A stretch of DNA of 64,000 nucleotides from Nitrosopumilus sp. (GTDB lineage Archaea > Thermoproteota > Nitrososphaeria > Nitrososphaerales > Nitrosopumilaceae), in the NCBI GenBank assembly GCA_965218785.1, contig OZ244650.1, forward strand, positions 1,088,001 through 1,152,000. Reading direction: 5' to 3'. How positions within the stretch are numbered: the first letter of the stretch is position 1; the number at the start of each line of letters is the position of its first letter. Positions 40,515 through 50,268 of the stretch are shown here, piece by piece. The notes under the pieces were generated by a model. The model was not told the DNA's origin. It did no database searches and was given only the letters and a program-made list of their open reading frames with translations. A program made the position numbers and the translations under genes.

Positions 40515-41390
40515 ATGTTGTCAAAAAAAAAGTTGGTGCTGATCGGCATCATAATAATTATTTTCATACTGGGTCTTGACGCGTTTGTAATAGAGCCCAA
40601 CATTATCGAGACAAGCAGACTACAGATTCCAGATACGGGTACCGAGATGAGAATCGGCCTTGTCGCCGATTTTCAAAGACAGAATGCCGATCCCGCCTTT
40701 GTATCGCGCGTGGTAGACATGCTAAATAACGAGAAACTAGACACCGTCCTGATTGCAGGTGATTTCATACATCATGACACCGCCGAACTACCATCACTTG
40801 AACCGCTAAAGAAACTGCAGACCACTCACGGGGTCTTCGGAGTCCTGGGAAACCACGATTACAGCGTGTATTCGTTTGACCGCCACGGTGCAAACACACA
40901 GCGTGCAGAAAAGGTAATAGAGTATATTACCAGTGAGGACACCATCAGGATACTCCAAAACGAGAATTTGTCAGTCAACGGCGTCTCAATTATAGGTCTT
41001 GATGAATACTGGGCAGGACAGAGAAACCAGACAAAGGCGTTTGCAGGTGTTGCCGACGGGTTTAAAATCCTACTCTCACATAACCAGGATGGCCTGTTAA
41101 TTGACAAGGATACTGCAGACCTGTATCTGTTTGGGCATACGCACTGCGGACAGGTCAGACTGCCGGTACTGGGTTCGATCCCAAAGATGCTGGGATTCCA
41201 GGGCGAGTATGACTACAAACATTACACCGTTAATGATGCCGAGGTCTACACCACATGCGGTCTGACCCCGGGACCCAGGTTTTTTAATCCGACTGAGGTT
41301 GTCGTGATTGAACTGACACCGATAGGACTAGTTTTATCTGTTACATGTTATAATAATAATCAAAGGTTACATGATGAGATATCACATTAA
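40515..41390 (+). CDS. Membrane-anchored calcineurin-like metallophosphoesterase (YkuE-like)
   Basis: VADFQ, IAGDF, GNHD, LSHN and GHTHCGQ. Confidence 0.9.
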   Translation: MLSKKKLVLIGIIIIIFILGLDAFVIEPNIIETSRLQIPDTGTEMRIGLVADFQRQNADPAFVSRVVDMLNNEKLDTVLIAGDFIHHDTAELPSLEPLKKLQTTHGVFGVLGNHDYSVYSFDRHGANTQRAEKVIEYITSEDTIRILQNENLSVNGVSIIGLDEYWAGQRNQTKAFAGVADGFKILLSHNQDGLLIDKDTADLYLFGHTHCGQVRLPVLGSIPKMLGFQGEYDYKHYTVNDAEVYTTCGLTPGPRFFNPTEVVVIELTPIGLVLSVTCYNNNQRLHDEISH

Positions 41391-41428
41391 TTTCAGAATA
41401 TTAAAGACGCATACGCATAACCAAAAAT

Positions 41429-42082
41429 TCAGTTCAAAACAGATATTAATTCCTTTTTCCTGAAACATCCGACCACGTGATCATCTACCATTCCAACTGT
41501 CTGCATGAACGCATAGATCACAACAGGTCCAACAAAGGTAAATCCGCGTTTTTTCATATCGGCACTCATCAGTTCGGATTCTGGAGATGTTGCAGGAATG
41601 TCATCCCACGTTTTGAACCTGCCATGAATCGTGTCATAATTTACAAACGACCACACATACCTGTCAAATGTTCCAAACTCTTTTTTGATCTCCAGAAACC
41701 TTTTTGCATTGTTTATTGCAGAGTCTATCTTTCTCCTGTTTCGAATTATTCCAGTATCTGCAAGCAGCCGCACCACGTCTGATTTTGAATACCCTGCAAT
41801 TTTTTTGGCATCAAAGTTATCAAATGCCTTTCTAAATGACGCCCTTTTACCAAGTATGATCCTCCAGGAAAGTCCTGACTGCATCGCATCAAGTATGAGA
41901 AATTCAAAGAGTTTTCGGTCAGTATGTAACGGCGTACCCCACTCGGTATCATGGTATTTCGTGTGCGTACTACCAGAAACCCAGTCGCATCTTTTCACAT
42001 AGGATGTTTTAATACATCTTAATTCAGTTTTTCGATGGAATACTGCATCCATCAATGAAAAGACCGGAATAAAAGAATCCAA
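41429..42082 (-). CDS. tag: DNA-3-methyladenine glycosylase I
   Basis: RCDW...YHDTEWG...QSGLSW...IIRNRRKI...GFTFVGP...DDHVVGC. The exact start is uncertain. Confidence 0.93.
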   Translation of the reverse strand: MDSFIPVFSLMDAVFHRKTELRCIKTSYVKRCDWVSGSTHTKYHDTEWGTPLHTDRKLFEFLILDAMQSGLSWRIILGKRASFRKAFDNFDAKKIAGYSKSDVVRLLADTGIIRNRRKIDSAINNAKRFLEIKKEFGTFDRYVWSFVNYDTIHGRFKTWDDIPATSPESELMSADMKKRGFTFVGPVVIYAFMQTVGMVDDHVVGCFRKKELISVLN

Positions 42083-42207
42083 GGCCAGAACAGTATTAAA
42101 ACCAGCCAGAAAATACCAATATAACTAATTTCAGATCCCCAATTACGATTAAGATACCTCAGCAAAACAACCATCAAGTTTTTCTAATAGTATATCCCAG
42201 ATACATC

Positions 42208-42384
42208 ATGAAGGTAAGCTGGGATGAGAATACCTGTATTCATTCAGGAAAATGCGTAAAAAATCTTCCATCAGTGTTTTCAGTGCAAAATGGAAAATTC
42301 GTCATAGTCGAGGATGGCGCCCCTGAAGAGCAGGTTAGAAGGGTGGTGGGCGAATGTCCGTCAAAGGCATTAAAGATAGAGTGA
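42208..42384 (+). CDS. Small divergent 4Fe-4S mono-cluster ferredoxin-like protein (YjdI-like), 58 aa
   Basis: Not in the ORF track; hand translation MKVSWDENTCIHSGKCVKNLPSVF...GECPSKALKIE. Confidence 0.85.
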   Translation: MKVSWDENTCIHSGKCVKNLPSVFSVQNGKFVIVEDGAPEEQVRRVVGECPSKALKIE

Positions 42385-42553
42385 TATCAGATATAACACA
42401 TCAAGATACCATTCATAAATGCGAATTAAACAATCTGACAGATTCCAATTACTACATACCAAAGATGCAGAATATAACAAATCATAGAATATAATTCAGA
42501 CATCAGAATTTTTGTTTGTATCAGTATAAAAAAAGGGGGGGTGGAGGATATAA

Positions 42554-43255
42554 TCAGATATCCGGATTATCAATCGAGACTAATCTCATATAGTGTTCCC
42601 GCATCTGCTGTTTTATCTGATCCACTTTCTGAGAATCACCGTCATCATGCGCAGCCTTTAGCTGTTTCATCAGACCAATAAATTCCGCCTGCAAGGCGTC
42701 ATGTTCTGCATTTCCGGTTGGCCGGAGATCGTCTTCGTTGAATTCCTCAAAGAATTTCATCTCCATGTCGTATGACACATCTGGCATGTTCATCAGGTTC
42801 CACTCTTTGGTTGTCAGCGCAAAGTTTGTCACGTCTCCTGCATCCACTACAAAGATGTCAGGTGAATGACCCACAGTCTCTGATCTTGCAGAATCATACC
42901 CGTGTATCGTCCATACAAGATAGGTATCACCCTGATCATTTCTGATGACCTCAATCTGGGCACCAGTTGCGTGAGTCAGACCGTTCTCCTCTGCAACTGC
43001 CGCAGCATCTGCCAGAGTGACGTTGATCTTCTCCTCGATCATCTGATCTGTACCGGAGTCGAACTGGATCTGTACGGCTCCCTCAAATCCGCTTACCAGC
43101 TGCATATACTGGAGTGGATCATCCAAAGGATGCTCAGAACCGGTACCCGAGGTACTTGCAAACTGTGCCTGCTCTGCCATTGCCGGCACGATGAATGCCA
43201 TGATGGCTATCACTCCTGCAATTGCAGGAATGGCGTATTTTGTTCGCGTGTTCAT
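42554..43255 (-). CDS. Exported protein with PepSY-like segment
   Basis: Signal peptide; VTLADAAAVAE...YLVW...VVDAGD. Confidence 0.6.
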   Translation of the reverse strand: MNTRTKYAIPAIAGVIAIMAFIVPAMAEQAQFASTSGTGSEHPLDDPLQYMQLVSGFEGAVQIQFDSGTDQMIEEKINVTLADAAAVAEENGLTHATGAQIEVIRNDQGDTYLVWTIHGYDSARSETVGHSPDIFVVDAGDVTNFALTTKEWNLMNMPDVSYDMEMKFFEEFNEDDLRPTGNAEHDALQAEFIGLMKQLKAAHDDGDSQKVDQIKQQMREHYMRLVSIDNPDI

Positions 43256-43517
43256 GATGTTGATTGGTGGTTTGAATAAAAGGGGTTGTTAACAAGAGAT
43301 ACGTAACAATGGTACCTCACCTTTATGACCAAGTTATGGCATTATGCGGTGTGGTCTTAGAATTCATGGGTCCGTGCGTCTCTGAGGAATCGCACGGGCA
43401 CCTAATTGAACCGGTTTATCACGCGGATTACATGACTGATTTCAAATCAAAACACCAAAAAGAGGCACAAAACACACTGGAATGATGTTATATGAATCGG
43501 TTTTATGGTAATATGCA

Positions 43518-43811
43518 ATGGGGCGTGAATACCGTGATAGAATATACATTAGGAAGGACGTGCTGTTGAACTTGTTCGAGTACGGCGAGATGAACCAGAG
43601 CAGGCTTATGAGCATCTGCGGCATGAACAACGTAAAACACAAGGAGATTCTAGACGAGATGGTCAAAAAGGGGATCATAGAGAAATCAGTAGAGTCACGG
43701 GGCAGTAAAAACATCATAAAATACAAGATATCACAGAAAGGACTGGAGGTATTACGTGCGGTTTTAGAGCCGTATGAGGCGATGTTTCCAAGGAGGATCA
43801 AAGATGAGTAG
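43518..43811 (+). CDS. Winged-helix transcriptional regulator
   Basis: YRDRIYIRKDVL...MNQSRLMSICGMN...YKISQKG. Confidence 0.85.
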   Translation: MGREYRDRIYIRKDVLLNLFEYGEMNQSRLMSICGMNNVKHKEILDEMVKKGIIEKSVESRGSKNIIKYKISQKGLEVLRAVLEPYEAMFPRRIKDE

Positions 43812-44256
43812 TTCCGGTGAGGGTGACAGACACGGGAATTTCTTTGAGATGGTAGACCAGATGATGTCCGAGATGGGCAGGACAAAAAAGATGTTCATGC
43901 TGATGATTATAACCATGCTGTTGTTTCCATCTGGAACGTTGCTAGTTGCGGCAATCGCGGTTTTCCCGGTGTTTGATGATAACGTGGATGCAAAGTTGCT
44001 GGCCGCATTGGTAAACGGGGATATGACGCAAGAAGAGTATGATGCAGCTAAAAAAGTATTGTCAGGTAACGGGGGGTCCACAGACGAGTTGGTGCTGGGA
44101 ATAAACAGGATTGTGCTTTTGGTATCAGTTGTATGGCTGGTAATCGGAATAAGGCAGTGGGTCATACTTTCACGATGGGGCAAGAGATACAAGGTGTTCA
44201 AAAAGAGCCGGGATGAGGCAGATAAAAAACTGCAAGGTGAGGATGATGAACAGTGA
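43804..44256 (+). CDS. Two-TM membrane protein with SHOCT-like loop
   Basis: Two TM helices; LVNGDMTQEEYDAAKKVL; ATG at 43804 overlaps the wHTH gene. Confidence 0.7.
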   Translation: MSSSGEGDRHGNFFEMVDQMMSEMGRTKKMFMLMIITMLLFPSGTLLVAAIAVFPVFDDNVDAKLLAALVNGDMTQEEYDAAKKVLSGNGGSTDELVLGINRIVLLVSVVWLVIGIRQWVILSRWGKRYKVFKKSRDEADKKLQGEDDEQ

Positions 44257-44277
44257 TTCTCATGATGGTTTAGTACG

Positions 44278-45321
44278 CTAGGATAACCTTGTGTTTCGTA
44301 CTATCTTTTTTGGGAAATTTCTCAGTACGGGATAGCCGTGTGTGCGGGCGTTTTTATAATGCCAGTTTATGTCACGATCATCATAGTTTAGCGCATCAAG
44401 TGATTTTTCTATAATCTTGTTTAGCTTGTGACTCTTGTTCTTCTTGTATGTGTCGTTGCGGCTTAACAGTTTTTCTATGTAGTGTTGTGGCGGAAGATTG
44501 CCCAGTTTCTCACAGTTGCATACTTGACATGATAAAACCAGGTTCCATATCTCGGTATTGCCGATATAGTCAAATGGTATAACGTGGTCTACGTGCGTGT
44601 ATCGGTCATAGTTTAGCCTACTATTACAGTAAAAGCAGTTGTCTGTAAACAGCCTTAATTTATTCATGAATTTTCGCTGATCACGTGCGTCAGGTGTAAC
44701 ACCCTCGATTTTTTGTACCATTCTTGGTGTGCCAAAGTTTCGTATCTCAAGAAATCGGATCCACTCCAGAATTACGGATTTGTACAAGGGTACAAAGTTT
44801 TCCCTGAAGAAACGCATCGCTTTGGGATTGAGCAGTATGCCTCCCTTCGGATCCGTTCTTTTGTTGCCAGATGAATCCTTGTAGTCTATTGCAAAATAGT
44901 CGTAGAATATCTTTTTCTCGATTCTGCCAATTGACTGAAACCTGTGTATGACGTCCTTGCTGCATATACGTGTAATCTCTTTAACACAGTTTGCCACTTT
45001 ATCAGGCTCTTCCTCTTGAATCTTCTCAAATGATTGTGGATATGTATCCTGGTCAAATTCCTTGCGTATTTCAGTTATGACGCTGGGAGTCTGGTTTTTT
45101 GGCCCATGCCGGAGCTTGGACTTGCATTCCTGCAGCCAGTAATATTTGAAAAAGTATTTTGCAATCTCGGAATATTTGACCATCTGCTTGTCACATCTGT
45201 GGCTGTGCTCCAAAAGAAACCTTGCAAGTGCAAATTTGTATGTGTTGTTCTTTGGCCCCTTGGATAGAATTCCTATGAAGGTATTGCGGAATTCTTCATC
45301 AGATGTATTCTTAAACTTCAT
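44278..45321 (-). CDS. HNH endonuclease-domain protein (putative restriction enzyme)
   Basis: NTYKFAL N-domain; CFYC...HVDHVIPF...NLVLSCQVCNCEK. Confidence 0.85.
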   Translation of the reverse strand: MKFKNTSDEEFRNTFIGILSKGPKNNTYKFALARFLLEHSHRCDKQMVKYSEIAKYFFKYYWLQECKSKLRHGPKNQTPSVITEIRKEFDQDTYPQSFEKIQEEEPDKVANCVKEITRICSKDVIHRFQSIGRIEKKIFYDYFAIDYKDSSGNKRTDPKGGILLNPKAMRFFRENFVPLYKSVILEWIRFLEIRNFGTPRMVQKIEGVTPDARDQRKFMNKLRLFTDNCFYCNSRLNYDRYTHVDHVIPFDYIGNTEIWNLVLSCQVCNCEKLGNLPPQHYIEKLLSRNDTYKKNKSHKLNKIIEKSLDALNYDDRDINWHYKNARTHGYPVLRNFPKKIVRNTRLS

Positions 45322-45389
45322 GTGATATGTTATTCGTAGGAATTGATTGTTGATAAATTTTATCCTTTTAGATCAAAAAAAGTATTTAT

Positions 45390-45589
45390 GGTTACATGAG
45401 TTTGCAAGTTATCAGGAGACAGAGGCAGTCATTGCAGATGCACACAGGGATTACAATCATTCTAGGATACTCTGACTGAAATATGTGACTCCTGAAGAAT
45501 TTTTATCAGAATGTGAGATCAGAAATAAATGATGGTAACTATATGTAAAAACATGCAAAAAACGGTCTCATTTATAGGGGTCCACTCCA
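45390..45589 (+). mobile_element. IS3-family remnant: orfB 3' end plus right terminal inverted repeat
   Basis: HEFASYQETEAVIADAHRDYNHSR...YVTPEEF; ends CGGTCTCATTTATAGGGGTCCACTCCA. Confidence 0.8.
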
Positions 45590-45688
45590 TTTTTTGCTCA
45601 GATGCCTTTTTGATCTTTAAGATTTTTGGCAGATTTTGGTTGAATTTACGGACAGCACATAAGAGGTCTATTGAAAATTATTTTTAGA

Positions 45689-46804
45689 CTACAAGTGTGA
45701 TATCAAGTATAGTATAAAGATTGTTATCAATCCACCAATGACTGATATTATTCCCGATCGGATTATTGATAAATATGGTTTCAGTATTTTTTGCCATGTC
45801 CATGTATCAACTACTATTGTTTTGTCTAGTGTCTCTTTCCAAGTGTTCATGAGTGCTAACTGATCATCGTCATTTAGTATATCTACAAATTGTGAAGCAT
45901 TATTATTACATTTTTGTGAATCCCAAGTTAGAATTTCAGATATTACAATGTCCATATTTTTGATGTGTAATTTCAATGTTTTACGAAGAAATTGATCATA
46001 AAGTCGCATTCCCAATATGCAATTTCTTTTTTTGTCCAAAGGTTTTAACTCTTTCGAATTTCGAATTAGATCAAATATCGCTTTGGCGATTTCTAATTTT
46101 CCAACCCCTCCAGCAAATCTTGAATATAATATAGAAAACACCGATGTGATTAGAAAAATGATTGTAGTAGAAATGGAAATACAAAGAACAGGTTTTAATA
46201 TATCACATAACTCTGGATCTGTTAATATTGATTTTGCTATTTCCTTATTGATCAATTTTTTAATTTCATCTTGTTCTAAATAAGATATTTCAGCAATTAC
46301 ACTGTTATAATTTTGTAGTTTTAACTCATATAGTGAAATTAATCCGGATGTACGATTGAAATTAAAATTTTCATAATTTTCTTTTAGATTAGGATGTATT
46401 TTTGATGAATTCATCTTATTGATTTCGATTTTTTGTTCTTCATAGGAACTAAATATTTTCAGAATATTATTTTGATCATATATAATTAGACCAGCTATTA
46501 TTATAACCATTACCGTAGTAATAACGAAAGAAATAATAAATGTTTTAGAAAGCCATTTTGTAGCATCAATTAACCATAATTGTTTTAGAACATCTTCTGG
46601 ATAATTTTTTGATTTTTTTGTTTTATCTGATTTAAAATATCTGTGATAAGTTATCCCTTGTATAATTGCATAACTTATCACTATTATAATAAATATATGT
46701 AGAGGTAATTCTTCGAATATTAACAACATTGCAATTAAGAATATGGTTAAAATTGGAATTACTAAAACAATCATGGTTGCTAATGCTTTTTTTAGTTTTG
46801 TCAA
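45689..46804 (-). CDS. Multi-TM hypothetical membrane protein
   Basis: About 5 hydrophobic segments; TTG start; TATA-like element upstream. Confidence 0.7.
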   Translation of the reverse strand: MTKLKKALATMIVLVIPILTIFLIAMLLIFEELPLHIFIIIVISYAIIQGITYHRYFKSDKTKKSKNYPEDVLKQLWLIDATKWLSKTFIISFVITTVMVIIIAGLIIYDQNNILKIFSSYEEQKIEINKMNSSKIHPNLKENYENFNFNRTSGLISLYELKLQNYNSVIAEISYLEQDEIKKLINKEIAKSILTDPELCDILKPVLCISISTTIIFLITSVFSILYSRFAGGVGKLEIAKAIFDLIRNSKELKPLDKKRNCILGMRLYDQFLRKTLKLHIKNMDIVISEILTWDSQKCNNNASQFVDILNDDDQLALMNTWKETLDKTIVVDTWTWQKILKPYLSIIRSGIISVIGGLITIFILYLISHL

Positions 46805-46849
46805 TCAGAACAGCATAATATCTTTTGAACACTTAAACCTTTAGCAATA

Positions 46850-47301
46850 TGGAGTGGATCCCTCTAAAATGAGACCGCTTTTTGCATGTTTCTACATACA
46901 GATACGCTTATCTTTTGCATAATTATGCTTGCTACAGTCATCTTATCCTTCCCTCCAACGTTTTTTTAAAAGCGTCTATGACTATGGTCTGCTCACCTAT
47001 GATTCTCTTGAGGGTTTCATTCTCCTTTTGTAGCACGCGTTCGGGGCTCTGTTTGCTGGTTCCGATTACGAACATCTTGCCACCGTTGATGAATTTCTCC
47101 CTCCACTGATAGAATGTCGGGGGATGTATGTTGTACTTGCGGCACAGTTCTGCTGTGCTGATCCTGGTGTTTATGGATTCCAGGATGATTCTTGCCTTTT
47201 CCTGTGGGGTGAATTTGCTCTTTACCATGGTGTTTTACCTCCTAACTTGCTCAAAAAGTGTATGTATGCAAGCGGTCTCATTCTAGAGGGGGTCCTCACC
47301 A
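46850..47301 (-). mobile_element. Internally deleted IS3-family element (intact orfA, orfB deleted, both TIRs)
   Basis: TIRs TGGAGTGGATCCCTCTAAAATGAGACCGC and GCGGTCTCATTCTAGAGGGGGTCCTCACCA; TG...CA ends. Confidence 0.88.
46938..47228 (-). CDS. IS3-family transposase OrfA (HTH plus leucine zipper)
   Basis: KFTPQEKARII...AELCRKYNIHPPTFYQW...ENETLKRIIGE; A-run near the 3' end. Confidence 0.9.
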   Translation of the reverse strand: MVKSKFTPQEKARIILESINTRISTAELCRKYNIHPPTFYQWREKFINGGKMFVIGTSKQSPERVLQKENETLKRIIGEQTIVIDAFKKTLEGRIR

Positions 47302-47313
47302 AATCTCGTCAGT

Positions 47314-47556
47314 TTGATGCCGAATGCTGAATACCAAATGCAATTATTGCACCTTTCCTCAATATTACAGGTAAAGTTGAATACACAGCAATTTCCAACA
47401 TTCGATCTGATTTTATCTGTCAAGAATTGTAATCCCACGTCTCCGAATTTACAGAATTTTGAGAAAAAATGGATTGCATCTAAAAATTTAGAGTATAACA
47501 CCACAGCATCCAAATTTAATAAAAATTTGAAACAGATGAAAGCACTCCAAGATTAA
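47314..47556 (+). pseudogene. Probable 3' gene fragment truncated by the IS3 insertion
   Basis: The reading frame begins immediately beyond the IS end. Confidence 0.35.
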
Positions 47557-47607
47557 ACAGTATAAATTTTAGTAAACAATATCAATCAGATAATAAGATA
47601 GTTTGAG

Positions 47608-49827
47608 ATGGATGAAAAAATGATCTTAGAATCTGATTGGGATTATCAGCCTAAAATTGGAAAGGATTCTGGTCACCATATAACTAGAGAATCAGAACAT
47701 CGTATTTTGCTTGATTTTATTTCTAGAAGAAATGAGGGATCTATGTTAGTATGTGGACAAAGAGGGGCAGGTAAAACCAGCGCTGTTTTCAAAGCAACCA
47801 ATGAAACCATCATAAAAAATGAAAAAATCAAACCTATTTTGATAAAAGCGACGTCTATTCATTTAAAATCAAAGGAAGATTCAAAAAGTGAGGGAGATTC
47901 AAAAGATGATATCCTTAGAGGGATTATTCGTTCATTGTACAATCAAATTCAAGAGGATTCAGATATTGTTGGAAAATTAAAAATACAAACTTCCAAATTG
48001 TATAATAAAGCAATTGCATCAGAAGTCAAACAGGTAAATCAAATCCGCAGTAAATCAATTCATGAAAAAACATCTCGTATTCGTATTAATTTAATATGTG
48101 CATTATCGCTCGTTGCTGTTGGAATTCTTTCTTTATCAGATATTATTTTAGAATATAATTGGATTTTGTTCATCATAATAATTACAAATGGATTATATTG
48201 GACATGGAATTATTCCATAATAATAAAAAAATCATCCATTAACACAGCATCAAATTATTATCGTTATGATTATGATTTTTCCATTATGCAATCAGAATTT
48301 GAATTGCTCCTAGAAGAATTTGTGAAGGAGAAATTTAAAATATTGTTTATTATGGATGAGTTAGACAAAGTAGAGGAAGAATCACTATCCATAATTTTAA
48401 ATTTAAAAATGCTGATCAATCAAGGTAATGCGTTATTCATATTCATAGCTTCACCAAAAATATTATCGAATATTGAGGACAAAGCAAACCCAAATAGTAC
48501 TTTATTTTCACAGACATTATATCTAAAACGTCCATTATTTGATGAAATGCGTTATTTTATTACAGAGATTATCCTAAATGGTAGCGAACTAACTCAAAAT
48601 ACAGATTACAAAAACTTTCAGAATTTTTTATGCTATCAATCCAAAACTAGTTTTTTTGCTTTGTATAATGTAATCAGAGACACCATGATTAAAATTCTTC
48701 CAGAAGGACCCGTATTGAATTCCAATTTAAATACAGAACAGATCACCAAAGCCAATCTACAAAAATCAATAGAGTGGGTCTACGAGAGGGAAAAATATGA
48801 TACACCTTCGCTATGGGCAGAAAATGATGACATACTAGAAACCCTGTATAATGTTTGTAATAATCTTGAAAACACGCCCAAACTCAAAGACATTGTGTTT
48901 GATGAACAAGGTTTAAAATTCTCAGAAAACAACAGCACCACACTCACAAAACCTAAATCACGCTCTGCAGTAATTGGCTTGTTCACATTTTTAGTGTCTC
49001 AAGGCTATTTACAAAAAACACAAGAAAACACCTATCGTATCATAGGACACTTGGATACAATCATCGAAGAAAAAGGAGGAGTTTTTGCAGTAGACGAACA
49101 ACGATTCAAAGAAGAGTATGAGAACATGTTGGAATTGGCCATCAACATGGCCAACATCCATAACAAACACATAGAAGATTTGGGCGAGATTTTTTCATCA
49201 GATACGATAAATTCAAAATGGTCTACATTTTCCACATGCCTCAATAATTATTTTAACATTACAGCATTCGAAGAACATCATGAAATTTATATAGATTTGC
49301 TAGGAATTGATTCAGCTGTTTACCCATCAGAAAAATTACAGCCGATGACATCTGAATTACAAAATGCTCATGTTGAGATCAAACATAAATTTGTAGATCT
49401 TCTTGCGGCAGTATTCGTTAAAAAAATTCAGGGTTTAGAAATTCACCAAGCAGCAAAGGATATTAACCAAAGTGTTTTATCCAGTTACAGAGTTCCAAAT
49501 ACTCCTTTTGTCTATAATGAATTGATTTTTGATAAGTATTCTAAAAGTCATAAATTACAATATGTGGTAATCACGGAAAATATTCCCATAGATCATCTTA
49601 AAGAATTATTAGATGAAAATGATCGAAATGTCTTGATTATATCTTTGGGAGATTCTGAAGATAATTTAAAATATCAGGACATATCATCGGCACTCTCAAT
49701 AAGAACACTTCAACAGTGTCTTGATGAATTGTACACGTTAAATAATGATACTAAAAAATATCTATTTATGACAATCACGATCCCATTAAAATCCGATGAC
49801 CTGAAGCAAATATTGAATGTGTTATAA
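47608..49827 (+). CDS. KAP-like P-loop NTPase with two TM helices
   Basis: Walker A GQRGAGKT and Walker B LFIMDELDK, with two TM helices between them. Confidence 0.8.
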   Translation: MDEKMILESDWDYQPKIGKDSGHHITRESEHRILLDFISRRNEGSMLVCGQRGAGKTSAVFKATNETIIKNEKIKPILIKATSIHLKSKEDSKSEGDSKDDILRGIIRSLYNQIQEDSDIVGKLKIQTSKLYNKAIASEVKQVNQIRSKSIHEKTSRIRINLICALSLVAVGILSLSDIILEYNWILFIIIITNGLYWTWNYSIIIKKSSINTASNYYRYDYDFSIMQSEFELLLEEFVKEKFKILFIMDELDKVEEESLSIILNLKMLINQGNALFIFIASPKILSNIEDKANPNSTLFSQTLYLKRPLFDEMRYFITEIILNGSELTQNTDYKNFQNFLCYQSKTSFFALYNVIRDTMIKILPEGPVLNSNLNTEQITKANLQKSIEWVYEREKYDTPSLWAENDDILETLYNVCNNLENTPKLKDIVFDEQGLKFSENNSTTLTKPKSRSAVIGLFTFLVSQGYLQKTQENTYRIIGHLDTIIEEKGGVFAVDEQRFKEEYENMLELAINMANIHNKHIEDLGEIFSSDTINSKWSTFSTCLNNYFNITAFEEHHEIYIDLLGIDSAVYPSEKLQPMTSELQNAHVEIKHKFVDLLAAVFVKKIQGLEIHQAAKDINQSVLSSYRVPNTPFVYNELIFDKYSKSHKLQYVVITENIPIDHLKELLDENDRNVLIISLGDSEDNLKYQDISSALSIRTLQQCLDELYTLNNDTKKYLFMTITIPLKSDDLKQILNVL

Positions 49828-50268
49828 AAAAAGAAATTGTTGTCTAATTAGTCTTGGCTATTACATTCATCTTTTTTAACTAGAACTATTTTGATCACAA
49901 ACGTCCTGTCTTCTCAATAGTCACCAAGAGAAAGGACGGATCCTAAAAATAACATCATCTGGCACACACAAGAAAGGGTTCCTGATTAACAATATAGTTT
50001 TTTTTGACAAAAGAAATCCACTCATTGTAAAAAACACAGCAGATATTAAGAACATTCGCACGGATCTCAAGATGCATTACATCCAATAATCGATAGGTTC
50101 AAACGTATAGTTAAAAGACAAAGTTTGTAAACTAAAAATCATTCAAAAACAAAAGATGGGATGATTTTACTAAGATAAATACAAATAACTAAACATGGAT
50201 ATCTTAAAAATAACTCATAAACTTGTGATTGTCACTATACTTATTTATTAAAATATTATTTTTGTATT

